Assembly (NCBI GenBank): GCA_964494475.1 | Contig: CAZBRS010000001.1 | Span: 94,029 to 158,028 of the forward strand | Reading direction: 5' to 3' | DNA length: 64,000 nt | Source: an uncultured Myxococcales bacterium | GTDB lineage: Bacteria > Myxococcota_A > UBA9042 > CAZBRS01 | Shown: positions 52,605-61,542 of the stretch, piece by piece | Layout: each line of letters begins with the position of its first letter | Numbering within the stretch: position 1 is the stretch's first letter | Notes under the pieces: model-generated | Told to the model about the DNA's origin: nothing | Databases searched by the model: none | Seen by the model: only the letters and a program-made list of their open reading frames with translations | Translations under genes and position numbers: made by a program

Positions 52605-54831
52605 GCGCGCTCCGCAGGTACCATTGGCCGGCCAGCAGGGCCAGGAGCAGCGCGAGCACGAAGCCCGAGGAGAACGGACGCGAGGTCTCGACGCGCGTGA
52701 CGGCGCGATCGCGCAGCGGCGGGAACTCGAGCTGCGCCACGCGCTCGGGCAGGGTGATGGTCCCTCCGCTCGCTTGCACGAGGTGCAGCAGCACGTCGCG
52801 CAGGGGAGAGGGCTCCAGCAACTCGCCGGGCTCGGATTGCACGAGGAAGGGTCGCGTCTGCCGCACGTGGCTGCCCTCGTCGCGCTTCTCGAGCTCGAGC
52901 CAGTACAGGCCATCGCGCGCGGGCTTCCACTCGAAATCGGGTACGATGGCCTTGACCACGTCCGGGGGCACGCGCTGCTCCTGACCCCACTCCGTGACGC
53001 GCAGGGCCCACGTGCCCGGCTCGGCACCCGCCGGGCGCGCCAGCTTCGCGCCGACCCGGTAGGGCTTCTCGGGGCTGTCGGGGGTCGTGATCGTCACCTC
53101 GAAGGGCGACAACGTGGGGTCGCGGGTGAGCCAGCGGACGAGGTTCGCCACGAGCGTGCGGTGCATCTGGTCGGGATCGGGTTCGGAGGGCAGGAAGGCC
53201 CAGCGCCAGAGCGAGTCGGTGGCCACCAGCGCCACGCGGCCCTCGCCGAGGGGCGCCGTCGACAGGATGGGCAGCGGGCCGCACTCGGTGCGGGCCCTGG
53301 GGTGATCGAGCAGCACGGTGGTCGACGGGAGCGGGCACCCCTGCAGGTTTGCTCCGTCCAGGGGCGGCAGGCTCGCCAGCGCGGCCGCGGGGTCGGCCGG
53401 CATCTCGGCGTCGGCGAAGACGGGGTGCCGCAGCCCCTCGGGGGTCAGCCGGGCCGCGAACTCGCCGAGCTCGAAGTAGTCGCGCCAGGTCTTCAACTCG
53501 GGGATGCGCACCGGGAACAGCTCTTTCAGCGGGCTGCGCGGCAGCATGTCGGCCAGGAAGGCGAGCTCGCCCCCCACCACCAGGCTGGCGCCCCCGGCCT
53601 TCACGTAGTCGACGATGCGCTCGGCGTACTGGTCGGTGTCGAACGAGCCGAAGCGGAAGTTCTGGAAGACCAGCAGGTCGAAGCCCGGCAGCTCCTCGTC
53701 GAAGAGCGTGTGGGTGGGGAAGGGGATGAGGACGGTGTCCTCGAGATCCTCGGCGAAGAACGCCGAGGGCTTGACCATCACGTAGAAGGAGATGAGGTCG
53801 ATCGTTCCGTTGGCCTTCAGCGCGTCGCGCAGGAAGCGCACGTCCCAGGAGGGGTGGCCGGCGAGGTGCAGCACCCGCAGGCGATCGCGCAGCACCCGCT
53901 GCTCGCTGAGGCGAACGTTGTTGGCGCTGTTCGATTCGTGCGTTCCCGCCGGCAGCGAGACGCGCGCGCCGAGCACGAGGGCGCCCGATTGGTCGGGGCG
54001 GTACCGGAAGCGCACCTCGTAGCGGCTCTGGCCGGGCACCAGGGGTACCTCCTGGGCCTCGCTCCACGCGCCGTCGGTGCCGAACTCGACGCGAACGGAG
54101 GCGACGCCGGGGTCCACGTCGCGTACCGTGACCTCGACCACGGCGGACGTGACGTTGCGGTAGAAGGCCACGGCGTCGTAGCGCAGGTCGCTCACCGAGG
54201 CGTCGGGTCCGGTCGTGCGGTCGCTCAGATCGATGGCGTGCAGCCGCGGGCGGTGCTTCTTCGAGAGCAGGCGCGCGAGTCGCTCGATCCGTTCGGGAGA
54301 CAGGGTCGAGCCGTGATCCTGGAGGTCGGAGACGAGCACGACGCGATCGGGGATGCGGCCGTCGGTTCCTTCGGTCGCGAGCTGCTCGAGGCGCTCGATG
54401 AGGGGGCTGGAGCCGCGCCGCGGCGGCCTCAGTCCTGGCACCGGGATGGGGGATCCGTCGAGCGCGACGAAGCGGGCCGACGGGAGCTTGCGGGCCAGGG
54501 TGGTGGTGGCCTCGACGGCGGCTTCGAAGCGCGTCGAGCTCGAACGGCACGGCAGGCTCATGCTGGCGCTGTCGTCGACGAGCACGAGCGTTTCGGCCTG
54601 CCGGGCCACCTCGAACGTGCGGGTGCTCACCGGGTCGAGCACCACGGCGCCGAGCAGGAGCACGACGCCCGCGTGCAGGAGCGACGAGAGGAGCCGCGTG
54701 CGCGGGTCGAGGACCCGTCGGAGGTTCCAGGCGCCCAGCGCGGCGATGGCCGCCAGCAACGCGAGCGCGAGCGCCCCGGTTGGCGAGCCGGCCCCAACGC
54801 CGAGCGCCCAGGCGGTGGTCGAGGCGTCCAT
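52594..54831 (-). CDS. vWA-domain membrane protein (BatA-like; N-terminal 2 TM, vWA, long periplasmic region, C-terminal TM)
   Basis: TM helices GALALALLAAIAALGAW and LLHAGVVLLLGAVVL. vWA MIDAS motif LVLVDDSASMSL. C-terminal TM FVLALLLALLAGQWYL. Overlaps the uvrC start by 11 bp. Confidence 0.7.
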   Translation of the reverse strand: MDASTTAWALGVGAGSPTGALALALLAAIAALGAWNLRRVLDPRTRLLSSLLHAGVVLLLGAVVLDPVSTRTFEVARQAETLVLVDDSASMSLPCRSSSTRFEAAVEATTTLARKLPSARFVALDGSPIPVPGLRPPRRGSSPLIERLEQLATEGTDGRIPDRVVLVSDLQDHGSTLSPERIERLARLLSKKHRPRLHAIDLSDRTTGPDASVSDLRYDAVAFYRNVTSAVVEVTVRDVDPGVASVRVEFGTDGAWSEAQEVPLVPGQSRYEVRFRYRPDQSGALVLGARVSLPAGTHESNSANNVRLSEQRVLRDRLRVLHLAGHPSWDVRFLRDALKANGTIDLISFYVMVKPSAFFAEDLEDTVLIPFPTHTLFDEELPGFDLLVFQNFRFGSFDTDQYAERIVDYVKAGGASLVVGGELAFLADMLPRSPLKELFPVRIPELKTWRDYFELGEFAARLTPEGLRHPVFADAEMPADPAAALASLPPLDGANLQGCPLPSTTVLLDHPRARTECGPLPILSTAPLGEGRVALVATDSLWRWAFLPSEPDPDQMHRTLVANLVRWLTRDPTLSPFEVTITTPDSPEKPYRVGAKLARPAGAEPGTWALRVTEWGQEQRVPPDVVKAIVPDFEWKPARDGLYWLELEKRDEGSHVRQTRPFLVQSEPGELLEPSPLRDVLLHLVQASGGTITLPERVAQLEFPPLRDRAVTRVETSRPFSSGFVLALLLALLAGQWYLRSAHGN

Positions 54832-54834
54832 GGG

Positions 54835-55542
54835 TCAGTCGAGCTTCCAGCGCTTGCGCTTCAGCAGGTAGTCGAGGTGCGTCTGCTCGTCCTTGTAGTC
54901 TCCGCACAGGGCGTATTCGACGACGTTGACCGCCAGGCGTCGACGGGCGGCGCCCACCGCACGCTGCTCGGAGGGGGTCCAGACCGGGGCGTGCAAGACC
55001 GCCCAGCGCCCCTCGAGGCGCGCGCCTTCGAGTTGACCGACCTCGGGGCCCTTCAAGTCGAAGAACGAGCGGTAGACCACCGCCTCGGCCGGCAAGGCCG
55101 TCAGCGCCAGGCGCGGACGCACGCCCTCCACCACGCGGCGCACCCACTCGTTGACGGCGTCGCGGGAGTTCCAGGCCGCGCCGTTCAGGAACCACACGGT
55201 GCCGCCCTTCGAGAGGAAGGGCCTCAACGCGTCGGCGACCACCGTCGCGTCTTCGGACGGGAGCCGGTCGAGGGGAACGATGACCAGCGGGGACGTGGAG
55301 CCCACGGCGCTTCGCAAGGGCACCTCGCGCACCTCGGGGCTGATGAGGATGCTCGTGAGCTCCGCCAGGCTGGTCGCGACCTCGCGAAAGAGACGCGTCC
55401 ACGCGCCCGCGAGCGGCTGGTTGTCGGCCGAGGCCAGCACGAAGGCCACCTCGGCGCTCGGTCCGATGGCCAGGGCGGTCGGGGCCCAGGGCCACGCGAT
55501 CAGCGCCACGACGAGCCCTCGCGCGAACGCTCGGCGGGTCAT
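54835..55542 (-). CDS. DUF4159-like protein (tentative), in operon with the vWA membrane protein
   Basis: Internal ATG (MTRRAFARGLVVALIAWPWAPTALA) overlapping the upstream stop (ATGA). About 235 aa. The track's N-terminal 440 aa are an Arg-rich artefact. Family assignment is from memory only. Confidence 0.5.
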   Translation of the reverse strand: MTRRAFARGLVVALIAWPWAPTALAIGPSAEVAFVLASADNQPLAGAWTRLFREVATSLAELTSILISPEVREVPLRSAVGSTSPLVIVPLDRLPSEDATVVADALRPFLSKGGTVWFLNGAAWNSRDAVNEWVRRVVEGVRPRLALTALPAEAVVYRSFFDLKGPEVGQLEGARLEGRWAVLHAPVWTPSEQRAVGAARRRLAVNVVEYALCGDYKDEQTHLDYLLKRKRWKLD

Positions 55543-58001
55543 GGCAGCACGACCACGAGGTCGTAGAAAACGTTGTCGACCCCGGGCGCGTCGACGAGCA
55601 AGCGGTAGCGACCCGCCGCCGGCGCGCTGACCTGCAGCAGCGCCGTGCCCTCGACGGTCGTCGCCTGCCCGACCGTCGCGCCACCCTCGTCGCGCAGCTC
55701 GAGCTCGACGGCTCCGGACCCGGGCACCGTGAGCGCGTAGACCTCGAGCGGCTGGAAGGCGCCCAGGTCGACGTGGAACCAGTCGCTGTCGCCGTCGCAG
55801 ATCTTGAGGTGCGAGGTGACCCCCACGGGCAGCTCGACCGACTTGCCGGCTACGTCGTTGGGCTCGAGGCGATCGTCGAGGCAGGACCCGGCCGGCTCGA
55901 CGGCCCAGGCCTGGAGACCGTACGCCACCAGGCCCGAGGACGCGCTCACGCCCCAACGCCAGGTGCCCGGCGCCGTGATGGCCACCTGGCACCCGAGGCC
56001 CCCCTCGACGAGCCCGCACGTGACGGGCTCGGACGCGGAGGCGGGCCCCGCGACGACCACGGTCAGGAGATCGGGCGACGAGGCGGTGGTGAGCGTGACC
56101 TCGAGGGTCTCGCCGCCGTTCAGTCCGAGCGCGAACCAATCGGACGTGCCCGGGCAGAGCACGAGGCCCTCCCACGTGCCCTCGATGATCGACGCCGCCT
56201 CCGAAGCGGAGGGGTTCGGCGCGAAGACGTCGTCCTGGCACAGCTCGTCGTCGCCCCCCGTGGCGATCTCGAGATCGTAGGTGTTGCCGGCGTCGCCGTA
56301 GCCGAGCACGGCGATCAGCAGTTCGGAGACGCCGGGGTCCACGAGGAACACCCGTTCGTCGTCGAAGGTGGTCTCGGAGGCCGCCAGCAGCTTCTGGTCG
56401 GCTGCGTCGAGCACGAGCAGGTCGAGGTCGCCCTGCTGGTGCAGGAAGCGCACCGTCACCGCCAGGTTCTCGCCCGGCAGCACCGTGACGCGGTAGGCGT
56501 CGAGCTCGCCGGGGCAGAGCACGAGGTCGGCGTAGGTGCCCTCGGCGAGGGAGGGCGCGGTGGCCGGGTCGTCGTTGGGCTCGAGCTCGTCGCCGGGGCA
56601 CGCCGCGCCCGCGTCGGCGGCCTCCAGGGCGTAGGCGAGGCCCTGCTCCGACGCGGAGGACACGGCCACCGTGTAGCGGCCGTCGGCCAGGCCGGAGGGA
56701 ACGTCGAGGCGGGCGCCCCCGGGCTGGGGCGAGGAGCCCCCGATCGGTTGGCCCGACTCGTCGAGGAGCGTGAGCTCGAGGTCGCCCTGGGGGCCGAGCA
56801 GCGTAGCGCGGATCGCCAGCCTGGACGCTCCTCCGACGTCGAGCGCGACGTGGTCGACGTCGCCGGGGCACAGGCGGCGCTCGACGCCGCTCCCCACCGA
56901 GAACACCGGCGCCCCGACGCGATCGTCGTCGGGCTCGGCGGCGTCGTCGACACAGAGCCCCGCTGCGACGGGCCCCATCCAGGCCGTCACGAACGAGCCG
57001 TCCTTGGGCGCGCGGCTGGTGTGGTCGCAGCGATCGGCGGTCAGATCGTCGTTGTCCTCGGCCGTGAGGTGGTAGCGCACCAGCACCGCGGCCTCGTCGG
57101 GCATTGCCGCCGTCGGGAGCGTGGCGCGATACCGGCCGTCGCCCCCGAGCGTGAGCGCCAGCGTGCCTTCGGGGGCGCCCGGTCCGTCACCCAGGGAGTA
57201 CGTCACGGAGGGGTAGCGCACGACCGACTCGCCGTCGGAGAGGTCGGCCTCGACCACGAGGTCGCCGCCCCCGAAGACATCGGAGGGGGGAGTGTGCAGC
57301 AGGCGGGGCGGTGTGCCGGGGCAGTCGCCCCCCGAGCCTGCGTTCAGCAGCACGAGGCCGATCTCGTACGACACCGGCGGGTGCTCGCCGTCGTCGGCCG
57401 AGAACACCACCGTGTGGAAGAGCTGCGCCGCGACTTGCTCCTCGCTCGGCCGCCAGTAGAACTCGGCGGTCTTGGGGCCGAGCCGCTCGAGCAGCGCGCC
57501 GTCGATGGGGCGTTCCATGGCGATGGCGACCGTCGCCGAGTCGTCGTCCTTCACCTCGACCACGAACGACACGTACTCGCGAGCCGCCAGATCGAGCACG
57601 TAACCGTGGGGGTTCAGGAAGACGGGCACGCCCCCCTCCCGGAACACGGTCAGCGTGATCTCGGCTTCGTCGGAGCCGCCGTAGCCGTCTTCGACGACGA
57701 AGCGAACGGGGATCTTTCGCCCCGCACCGAGCGCCTCGCTGATGAGCGGGCTCCAGCGAAAGCGCGCCGTGTCCTTCGCCACGGGCGTGAGCGTCGCGGT
57801 CTCGGGAGGCAGGGGGTCGAGGAAGCGCATGGCGAAGTGCAGCGTGTCGCCGTCGCCGTCCTCGGCCGCGACGTCGAACTCGAGCGTCTCGCCCACGCGC
57901 ACCGAGCGGTCGCCGAGGGGCACCAGCGACGGAGGGTGGTTCGTGAGCGCGCAGGCGCCGAGCACGAAGACGAGGGAGAGGGGCGCGAGGGTGAAACGCA
58001 T
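55539..58001 (-). CDS. Secreted lipoprotein with multiple pre-peptidase C-terminal (PPC)-type and Ig-like domains (820 aa)
   Basis: Lipobox FVLGAC. At least three PPC-like modules (C..D.LEPNDDPATAPSLAEGTYADLVLCPGELDAYRVTV; CQDDVFAPNPSASEAASIIEGTWEGLVLCPGTSDWFAL; CLDDRLEPNDVAGKSVELPVGVTSHLKICDGDSDWFHV). Confidence 0.75.
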   Translation of the reverse strand: MRFTLAPLSLVFVLGACALTNHPPSLVPLGDRSVRVGETLEFDVAAEDGDGDTLHFAMRFLDPLPPETATLTPVAKDTARFRWSPLISEALGAGRKIPVRFVVEDGYGGSDEAEITLTVFREGGVPVFLNPHGYVLDLAAREYVSFVVEVKDDDSATVAIAMERPIDGALLERLGPKTAEFYWRPSEEQVAAQLFHTVVFSADDGEHPPVSYEIGLVLLNAGSGGDCPGTPPRLLHTPPSDVFGGGDLVVEADLSDGESVVRYPSVTYSLGDGPGAPEGTLALTLGGDGRYRATLPTAAMPDEAAVLVRYHLTAEDNDDLTADRCDHTSRAPKDGSFVTAWMGPVAAGLCVDDAAEPDDDRVGAPVFSVGSGVERRLCPGDVDHVALDVGGASRLAIRATLLGPQGDLELTLLDESGQPIGGSSPQPGGARLDVPSGLADGRYTVAVSSASEQGLAYALEAADAGAACPGDELEPNDDPATAPSLAEGTYADLVLCPGELDAYRVTVLPGENLAVTVRFLHQQGDLDLLVLDAADQKLLAASETTFDDERVFLVDPGVSELLIAVLGYGDAGNTYDLEIATGGDDELCQDDVFAPNPSASEAASIIEGTWEGLVLCPGTSDWFALGLNGGETLEVTLTTASSPDLLTVVVAGPASASEPVTCGLVEGGLGCQVAITAPGTWRWGVSASSGLVAYGLQAWAVEPAGSCLDDRLEPNDVAGKSVELPVGVTSHLKICDGDSDWFHVDLGAFQPLEVYALTVPGSGAVELELRDEGGATVGQATTVEGTALLQVSAPAAGRYRLLVDAPGVDNVFYDLVVVLP

Positions 58002-58031
58002 GGCGCCATTATCGTCGGAAGGGCTTGGAAT

Positions 58032-58844
58032 TCAAGGGCGGGGGCGCGCCCCGCGGACCACCCGGTCGAGCCCCCACGCGAGCAGCCCCGGCGCCAGGCG
58101 CTTGGCCCAGGCGGCCAGCTTGCCCTGCAGGCCGGGGACGATGAGGAAGGTGGACGTGCCGAGCGCCTCGAGCGCGGCGCGCGCGACCTGATCGGCGGAG
58201 AGCAGGCTGGCTCCCTTCGAGAGGGCTTTCGTCTCGGCGGGCTTGCCGACGTTCTCGCGCTCGAAGCCCGGGGTGTCGGTGTCGGGGGGGCAGAGCACCT
58301 GCACGGTGACGCCGTCGGGCCTCAACTCCTGGCGCAGGGCCTCGCTGAAGCCGACGAGGCCGAACTTCGAGGCGCTGTAGTCGGTGAAGCCGTAGATACC
58401 GATGAGGCCCGCCACCGAGCTCACGTTGAGGATGCAGCCCCGGCGTTGACGCAGGTGCGGGAGCAGGGCGGCGATGGTGTCGCGCGGCGCCCCCAGGTTC
58501 AGGCGCAGCGTGGCGTCGAACTGCTCGGCGCTCACCTGGTCGAACGGGCGGGGCAGGGCGCGCCCGGCGTTGTTGACCAGCACGTCGGGGGCGCCGAACG
58601 TCGTCACCGCTTCGGCCAGCACGGCGTCGACCCGTGCGCGGTCCGTCACGTCGAGCACGCGGGCGTCGACGCGCACGCCGGCCTTCGCGTCGCCGCGCAC
58701 CTCGACGACGGCCTTCGCGAGCCGCGCGGGATCGCGCGCCAGCAGCAGCACGTGCGCACCCCTCGAGGCAGCCTGCTTCGCGAGGGCCAGCCCGATGCCG
58801 GCGGAGCCCCCGGTGATGTAGACGGTCTTGCCGCGAAGGTTCAT
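58032..58844 (-). CDS. Short-chain dehydrogenase/reductase (SDR) family oxidoreductase
   Basis: TGGSAGIG Rossmann motif, NNAG, and catalytic S...YxxSK (SVAGLIGIYGFTDYSASK). Confidence 0.85.
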   Translation of the reverse strand: MNLRGKTVYITGGSAGIGLALAKQAASRGAHVLLLARDPARLAKAVVEVRGDAKAGVRVDARVLDVTDRARVDAVLAEAVTTFGAPDVLVNNAGRALPRPFDQVSAEQFDATLRLNLGAPRDTIAALLPHLRQRRGCILNVSSVAGLIGIYGFTDYSASKFGLVGFSEALRQELRPDGVTVQVLCPPDTDTPGFERENVGKPAETKALSKGASLLSADQVARAALEALGTSTFLIVPGLQGKLAAWAKRLAPGLLAWGLDRVVRGARPRP

Positions 58845-58854
58845 CGCGGCGACG

Positions 58855-59358
58855 TCAATCCAGATCGAGCATCTTGAAGCGGTCGGCCTTGGCGCCCGTG
58901 TCGGCGGGCGCGCGCTGGGGGGCCTCCTTGCGGGGGGGCTCGGCGGGGCGCTCGTCGCGCGCCGGGGGGTCGTCGCGCGCGGGGCGCTCGGCGGGCTCGG
59001 CCTGGGCGCGCTCGGGGCGGGCCTGGCTGCGCTCCTCGCGCGAGGGCAGCACGTCGACCAGGGCGTTGGGGCTGACCACGAAGTCGCGGCCTCCGAGCTT
59101 GACGTAGACCTGGTTGTCGCGCACCGCGAGCAGCTCCAACTCGGGCAGGCCCAGTTGCCGCTTCAGCTCGGTCACGAGGCCGGGGAAGTCGAGCTCGCGC
59201 AGCGTGCGCGGGATGTTGACCATGGCGGCCTCGGGCTTGAACGGCTGGGTGCCCTCGACCACGTAGGCGCGCACCAGGTGCAGCACCAGGTCGATGAGCT
59301 CGTCCTTGCCGTAGCCTGCCAGGCCTTCTCGGAGGGTGTCGTCGTCGCGGCGGTTCAT
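58855..59358 (-). CDS. Hypothetical protein (167 aa; ordered N-terminal domain and Pro/Arg/Glu-rich C-terminal tail)
   Basis: Internal ATG (MNRRDDDTLREGLAGYGKDELIDLVLHLVRAY) overlapping the pentapeptide gene stop (ATGA). No family recognised. Confidence 0.5.
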   Translation of the reverse strand: MNRRDDDTLREGLAGYGKDELIDLVLHLVRAYVVEGTQPFKPEAAMVNIPRTLRELDFPGLVTELKRQLGLPELELLAVRDNQVYVKLGGRDFVVSPNALVDVLPSREERSQARPERAQAEPAERPARDDPPARDERPAEPPRKEAPQRAPADTGAKADRFKMLDLD

Positions 59359-60047
59359 CGCTCGAGGATCCTCCGTTGGGCTTCGTCCATGTCGGCGCGG
59401 TCGAAGCGGCTCGCCACGACGCGCGTACCGTCGAAGCGCGCGCCCACGAGGTTCGCGTCGCGCAGGTCGGTGCGAACCAGCAGCGCGTTCGAGAAGTCGG
59501 CGCCATAGAGGTTGGCGCCCTGCAGGTCGACGTCGATGAGCACGGCGTCGCGGAAGATGGCGTTCGACAGGATGGCGTTGCCCATCTGCACGTCGTGGAA
59601 CTCGCAGTGCACGAGCAGCGAGCGGCTGAAGTCGACGCGGAAGCCCTCGATCGACTGGAACTTCGACGAGACCACCCGGGCCCCCGCGAACGAGGCGTTG
59701 GCCAGTCGGCTGTCGTAGAAGCGGCAGCGGTCGAGGAGGGCGCCCTTGAAGCTCGTCTCGATGAGCTCGGAGCCGAAGAGGTTCACCGTGGTGAAGCGGG
59801 CCCCGTGGAAGCGCGTGCCGCGGAGGCCGCACGCCTGGAACGAGGCCGCGCTCAGCGTGGCGTCGGTGAAGGGGACGTTGACGAGGCTGACCTGCTTGAA
59901 CTTGAAGTCGTCGAGGGTGGCGCCCGTGAAGTCGGCGCCGCCGAGATCGACGTTCTGCACGACCATGGACTTGAGGTCGCCACGGCGCAGGTGATCGAGC
60001 ACCTCGGTGCGCAACTCGAGGACGCGGTCGGTGGGGCTCGGGGGCAT
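59355..60047 (-). CDS. Pentapeptide-repeat protein (230 aa)
   Basis: GGAAGGG RBS. Continuous A(D/N)LxG/F-type pentapeptide repeats (VDLGGADFTGATLDDFKFKQVSLVNVPFTDATLSAASFQACGLRGTRFHGARF...). The 1203-aa track ORF is an artefact beyond codon 230. Confidence 0.8.
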   Translation of the reverse strand: MPPSPTDRVLELRTEVLDHLRRGDLKSMVVQNVDLGGADFTGATLDDFKFKQVSLVNVPFTDATLSAASFQACGLRGTRFHGARFTTVNLFGSELIETSFKGALLDRCRFYDSRLANASFAGARVVSSKFQSIEGFRVDFSRSLLVHCEFHDVQMGNAILSNAIFRDAVLIDVDLQGANLYGADFSNALLVRTDLRDANLVGARFDGTRVVASRFDRADMDEAQRRILER

Positions 60048-60210
60048 GCGCACCCTTCCGGCGTGGTTCGCGTCGATAGTAGAAGGCCCGGGGCGAGAGT
60101 CAAGCCCTGGAGCGAGGACGTGTGGGCGACGGGGGGGCCGACGCGGCCCTTGTGGCGGGTCGACCGTTCGCGGTACAGTGGTCGCCGAGACATCATCGGC
60201 AGGGGTCGGC

Positions 60211-61542
60211 ATGCGAGCCACGGGCGCCTTGAGGGCTCTGTTCGCGCGATCACGCCTGTTCTCGAACCTCGACGACTCCCAATTCCAGGTCTTCGTCGAA
60301 GCGCTGCAGCACCGCCGCTTCTCGTACGGCGAGCCGCTGTTCTTCCAGGGACAGTCCGGCGACTCCCTGGCCGTGGTGCTCTCGGGGACCTTCCGGGTGG
60401 AGGTCGAGCGCCCCGGTGGCAAGCACGAGGTGCTGGAGAGCATCGGATCGGGCGACGTGATCGGCGAGATGACGTGCGTCGACCCGGCCCCGCGCTCGGC
60501 GAGCGTGACCGCAGTGGCCGACGCCGAGATCCTCGAGCTCGATCGCGGCACCCTCGACGCGCTGAGGCGTAGCGCACCTGCCATCTGGTCAGCGGTCCTC
60601 GGCGGCATCCTGGCGCGCACGACCGAGCGCCTGGCCGAGACCAACCTCCGCATCGAGCGTGCCCTGTCGCGGCTGGGGCTGGCGCCCACCGTCCCGCAGT
60701 TGCCCATCGTGACCGAGGCCGGCGACGTGGCGCCCCGCCAGGTCGCTGCGCACGAACAGCCGAATCGGCTCCGCAAGCTGGCGGGGTTGAAGGGCTTCAC
60801 CGAGGCCGAGCTCGGCATGCTGCTGCGCGTGGCCACGCCGCGGGAGTACGCCCAGGGCGACGTGCTGCTGGCGGAGGGGGCGCCCTGCGAGTCGTGCCTG
60901 GTGCTCACGTCGGGCGAGGTCGAGGTCACGAAGCAGGTGGGTGGAAGGGAGCGGCGGTTGGCCGTGCTGCCCGTAGGCTCGATCGTGGGGCAGATCGCGC
61001 TCGTACAGAGCGGCGCGCGCCAGGCGACGGTGCGGGCGTCGTCGAGCGTCACGGCGCTCGAGCTCGGTCGCCACAACTTCGAGCGCTTGCTCGCGGCGCG
61101 CGCGCCCCTGGCCCTCCGGTTCCAGGAGCAGGTGGCGACGGCCTCCATCCGGCAGCTGCGCCTGGCGAACGAGCGCCTGGCCACCGTGCTCGACCGGGTC
61201 GACCAGGCCCACGAAGCGGCGTCGGCGCCGTCCACCGAAGGCCCCGAGCCCCACGAGCAATTCGTCGAGGCCACCTGGGGGCCCCCGCCCGAACCCCGGC
61301 CTGTCGCGGCGCCGCGCGTTCCCACCCCCGCGCAGCCGCGAGGGCGCGGGCGCCGATCGAGCATTCCCACCGAGGTCATCGACCTGAGCGGGCGGGGCGA
61401 CGACGTGAAGACGACGGTGGCGTTCATCCAGGCCGCGTTGTCGGAGTGGGGCATGCGGGTCGAGGACCTCGACGCCATGGAGGCGCGCGTCCCCGACGGG
61501 CACGTGTCGCGGAAGGAGGCCTTGCTCAGGGAGAAGCGTTGA
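60211..61542 (+). CDS. Protein with two cyclic-nucleotide-binding (cNMP/CAP-effector) domains and a Pro-rich C-terminus
   Basis: AGGGG RBS. Two copies of the cNMP fold signature (FGEMT...RSASVTAVADAEILELD; VGQIALVQSGARQATVRASSSVTALEL). No DNA-binding HTH evident. Confidence 0.8.
   Translation: MRATGALRALFARSRLFSNLDDSQFQVFVEALQHRRFSYGEPLFFQGQSGDSLAVVLSGTFRVEVERPGGKHEVLESIGSGDVIGEMTCVDPAPRSASVTAVADAEILELDRGTLDALRRSAPAIWSAVLGGILARTTERLAETNLRIERALSRLGLAPTVPQLPIVTEAGDVAPRQVAAHEQPNRLRKLAGLKGFTEAELGMLLRVATPREYAQGDVLLAEGAPCESCLVLTSGEVEVTKQVGGRERRLAVLPVGSIVGQIALVQSGARQATVRASSSVTALELGRHNFERLLAARAPLALRFQEQVATASIRQLRLANERLATVLDRVDQAHEAASAPSTEGPEPHEQFVEATWGPPPEPRPVAAPRVPTPAQPRGRGRRSSIPTEVIDLSGRGDDVKTTVAFIQAALSEWGMRVEDLDAMEARVPDGHVSRKEALLREKR

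Noticed and set aside
55773-58877. 1034-aa plus-strand ORF
   Set aside because: It is antisense to the PPC-lipoprotein and SDR genes, G/A/R/E/V-rich, with no domains.
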